From: Methanomethylovorans hollandica DSM 15978 | GTDB lineage: Archaea; Halobacteriota; Methanosarcinia; Methanosarcinales; Methanosarcinaceae | Direction of reading: 5' to 3' | Assembly: GCF_000328665.1 (NCBI RefSeq) | Contig: NC_019977.1 | Location: forward strand, 2,286,011 to 2,350,010 | DNA length: 64,000 nucleotides | Shown: positions 62,701 to 64,000 of the stretch, in pieces | How positions within the stretch are numbered: position 1 is the first letter of the stretch | How the letters are laid out: every line of letters begins with the position of its first letter | Notes under the pieces: model-generated | What the model was told of the DNA's origin: nothing | Seen by the model: the letters and a program-made list of their open reading frames with translations, nothing else | The model's database searches: none | Made by a program: the position numbers and the translations under genes

Positions 62701-62932
62701 CTTTAACAGCATCCTCATGGATGACCTCTTTATACCTCTCATCGTATGCCTGAGTATTATCCACATCCCAGCCTAGTGCCTTGAAAAACGGATCAATGAA
62801 CTCTCTTCTCACTTGTGTTTCATTATACGAGTTAGACTTGTATTTGGCATTATACTGATCAAAACGTTCTACAAGTTCTATTATTTCTGGAGGGGCTGGG
62901 ATATTATCAATTACTATTGGAGATACTTGCAT
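59798..62932 (-). CDS. Type IIG restriction-modification enzyme (fused endonuclease, N6-adenine MTase and TRD)
   Basis: N-terminal PDY...VEAK nuclease, GVYYTP, DPACGSG, GNPPY and a TaqI-like C-terminal TRD. Confidence 0.92.
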   Translation of the reverse strand: MQVSPIVIDNIPAPPEIIELVERFDQYNAKYKSNSYNETQVRREFIDPFFKALGWDVDNTQAYDERYKEVIHEDAVKVGGKTKAPDYSFRIGGVRKFFVEAKKPAVNLKENPEPTYQLRRYAWSAKLPVSILTDFEEFIVFDCTRKPSHNDSSSLGRIEYYTYKDYIPKWDEIASKYSKKAVFTGKFDDLADSLVQKKGGKGTTGIDDAFLAEIEGWREELAKNLALRNASLSVRELNLAVQKIIDRIVFLRICEDRGIEEYGQLKAKAEGKDVYKDMIELFLHADDKYNSGLFHFRSEDGMEKPDILTTSLEIDDKTLKHIIGRLYYPESPYEFSVIPADILGQVYEQFLGKVIRLTASHQAKIEEKPEVKKAGGVYYTPTYIVEYIVKNTIGKLVENKTPSEVSDLKIVDPACGSGSFLIGTYHYLLNWHIDWYITHLVPLMKEGKAATDKEVQKFLPAKSVSSKRGKKKARSVGSDYEFPIYQMSEDNWRLTSDEKKRILLNNIYGVDIDQQAVEVTKLSLLLKVLEGEKGERISKQLTITQERVLPSLHENIKCGNSLIGSGIYASVQMNFENDDEFYRINAFDWDQEFPYVFEQGGFDAVIGNPPYVRQELLKGQKEYFNGHYEVYHGLADLYAYFIEKGISLLNSDGQFSYIVANKWMRANYGKPLRSWLKSKKIEEIIDFGDLPVFKQATTYPCILRVARGEPNDSFKAIPVDTLDFSDLSEYVKESGHLIYSNSLSDDGWSLVDEKNQALLDKLMQSGKPLGEYVEGKIYRGVLTGLNKAFVIDEATKDRLIAEDSKSAEVIKPFLAGREIKRYKQPITKNYFIFTRRGIDIKKYPVILSYLQQFKQELMPKPKDWKGEWTGRKPGPYQWYEIQDSIDYFQEFEKPKIIIPAIVQSANYCFDETGCYSNDKTSIIPTNDLYLIGVLNSKVADFVIFNISSTKQGGYFEYKPMYVSKIPIRTIDPSDPEDVVRHDKMVSLVEQMLELHKNLDIAKLGSEKEMIQRRINAKDAEIDRLVYELCGLTDEEIAIVEGKSG

Positions 62933-63311
62933 TTAAATAAAGTGGAAACTGTCGCCATCATAAGTAGTTTATCCATGAAAGCTTATTTTGAAGAGAGGAG
63001 AGGAACATAGTGTGGACTAAAAGAGAGATGATCCTGAACATATTGGTTATCGTAGTAGCCGGAAAGCTAAAGCTTGGAATAAAAGCGATCCTGCTCATCA
63101 TGAACATGAAAGACACGTTGAAGCAACTCAGGTATTTGATAGATTTTGCGAAGAAATTGAAGCGATGAATGTGCCTTCCCACCCTTTTTGTAAAGATCCG
63201 CTTCAAAGTACTTTGATCGGAACCTCTTTGATCGGAAAATTGTAGTTACTTCGGTATGATTTGTGGGTGAAAACATCCATTTTTCCCTATTGTGAAAAAA
63301 AGGAGTATGGT

Positions 63312-64000
63312 TCACTCCTCAAGCGTGGAAACGTCTCCGGGATCCATGCCCAGCTCCTTGGCCCGAAGCACGCGCCTCATGATCTTACCACTGCGGGTCT
63401 TCGGTAGAGAATCCACGAACTCGATCTCTGAAGGCATAGCTATCGGACCAAGGCTCATCCTTACATGGTAGATCAGTTCCGATTTCAATTTAGCACTGGG
63501 AGAATGACCTTTTCTCAGGATGACAAAGGCTTTTATTATTTCGCCTTTCAGATAATCTGGCTTGCCGATGACAGCAGCTTCTGCCACAGCCTCATTGGAC
63601 ACAAGAGCACTTTCCAGTTCAGCGCTTCCGATGTTATGGCCTGCAACTATGAGCACATCATCAGACCGACCCAGGATCATGATATATCCATCATCGTCCT
63701 TTACTGCCAGGTCCCCTGCTGTATAGTATTTGCCTATGGTGTTCCAGTACTGGCAGTAACGCTCATCGTTGTTGTGTACAGTCCTCATCATGGAAGGCCA
63801 GGGCTCTTTGATAACGAGGAAACCCCCCTTCTCGGGAGGAACAGGATCTCCATTCTTATCCACCACGTCGGCGACTACCCCTGGCAGAGGACGGCCTACA
63901 AAACCTGGTTTCATTGGCTGTCCGGGTAGAGTGGTGATCATGTGCATACCTGTTTCTGTTTGCCACCAGGTATCCACTACAGGACAGCGCTCCTTACCTA
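63312..64000 (-). CDS. acs: Acetyl-CoA synthetase (C-terminal part; start is outside the window)
   Basis: Motifs [19 protein letters not shown] and [12 protein letters not shown]. Confidence 0.95.
   Translation of the reverse strand, partial: GKERCPVVDTWWQTETGMHMITTLPGQPMKPGFVGRPLPGVVADVVDKNGDPVPPEKGGFLVIKEPWPSMMRTVHNNDERYCQYWNTIGKYYTAGDLAVKDDDGYIMILGRSDDVLIVAGHNIGSAELESALVSNEAVAEAAVIGKPDYLKGEIIKAFVILRKGHSPSAKLKSELIYHVRMSLGPIAMPSEIEFVDSLPKTRSGKIMRRVLRAKELGMDPGDVSTLEE

Overview
64 kb of an archaeal chromosome from a methylotrophic-type methanogen. Gene content, BRE/TATA promoters, GGAGG/GGTGA ribosome-binding sites and very rare TAG stops point to Methanosarcinaceae (Methanomethylovorans/Methanolobus-like; inferred, not searched). 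Most of the window is housekeeping: folP-folD-glyA-purN, tiaS, nadE, nob1, a RecJ-like nuclease, the slipin-nfeD pair, hisH, tRNA-Gln(TTG), the dtdA-ftsZ-secE-spt5-rpl11-rpl1-rpl10-rpl12 cluster, metG, the HMG-CoA synthase/thiolase/DUF35 trio, ABCE1, thioredoxin and acs. Three accessory zones interrupt it. (1) 19.6-23.9 kb, next to tRNA-Gln: microproteins, hairpins and a ComEC-like nuclease. (2) 32-46 kb: a candidate 2-oxoglutarate decarboxylase with two succinate-semialdehyde dehydrogenases, several pseudogenes, a solo TnpB IS200/IS605 element inside a tag gene, and an IS1. (3) 59.6-63.3 kb: a type IIG restriction-modification gene. No CRISPR array or rRNA was seen. The best candidates for something undescribed are non-coding: a ~230-nt multi-hairpin RNA with its own promoter and alternative 5' pairings (38.69-38.92 kb, minus strand), a ~90-nt hairpin RNA exposing an anti-RBS-like loop (10.6 kb), and a pseudoknot plus palindromic operator upstream of a modD/nadC-like gene. 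All are sequence-level inferences that need testing.
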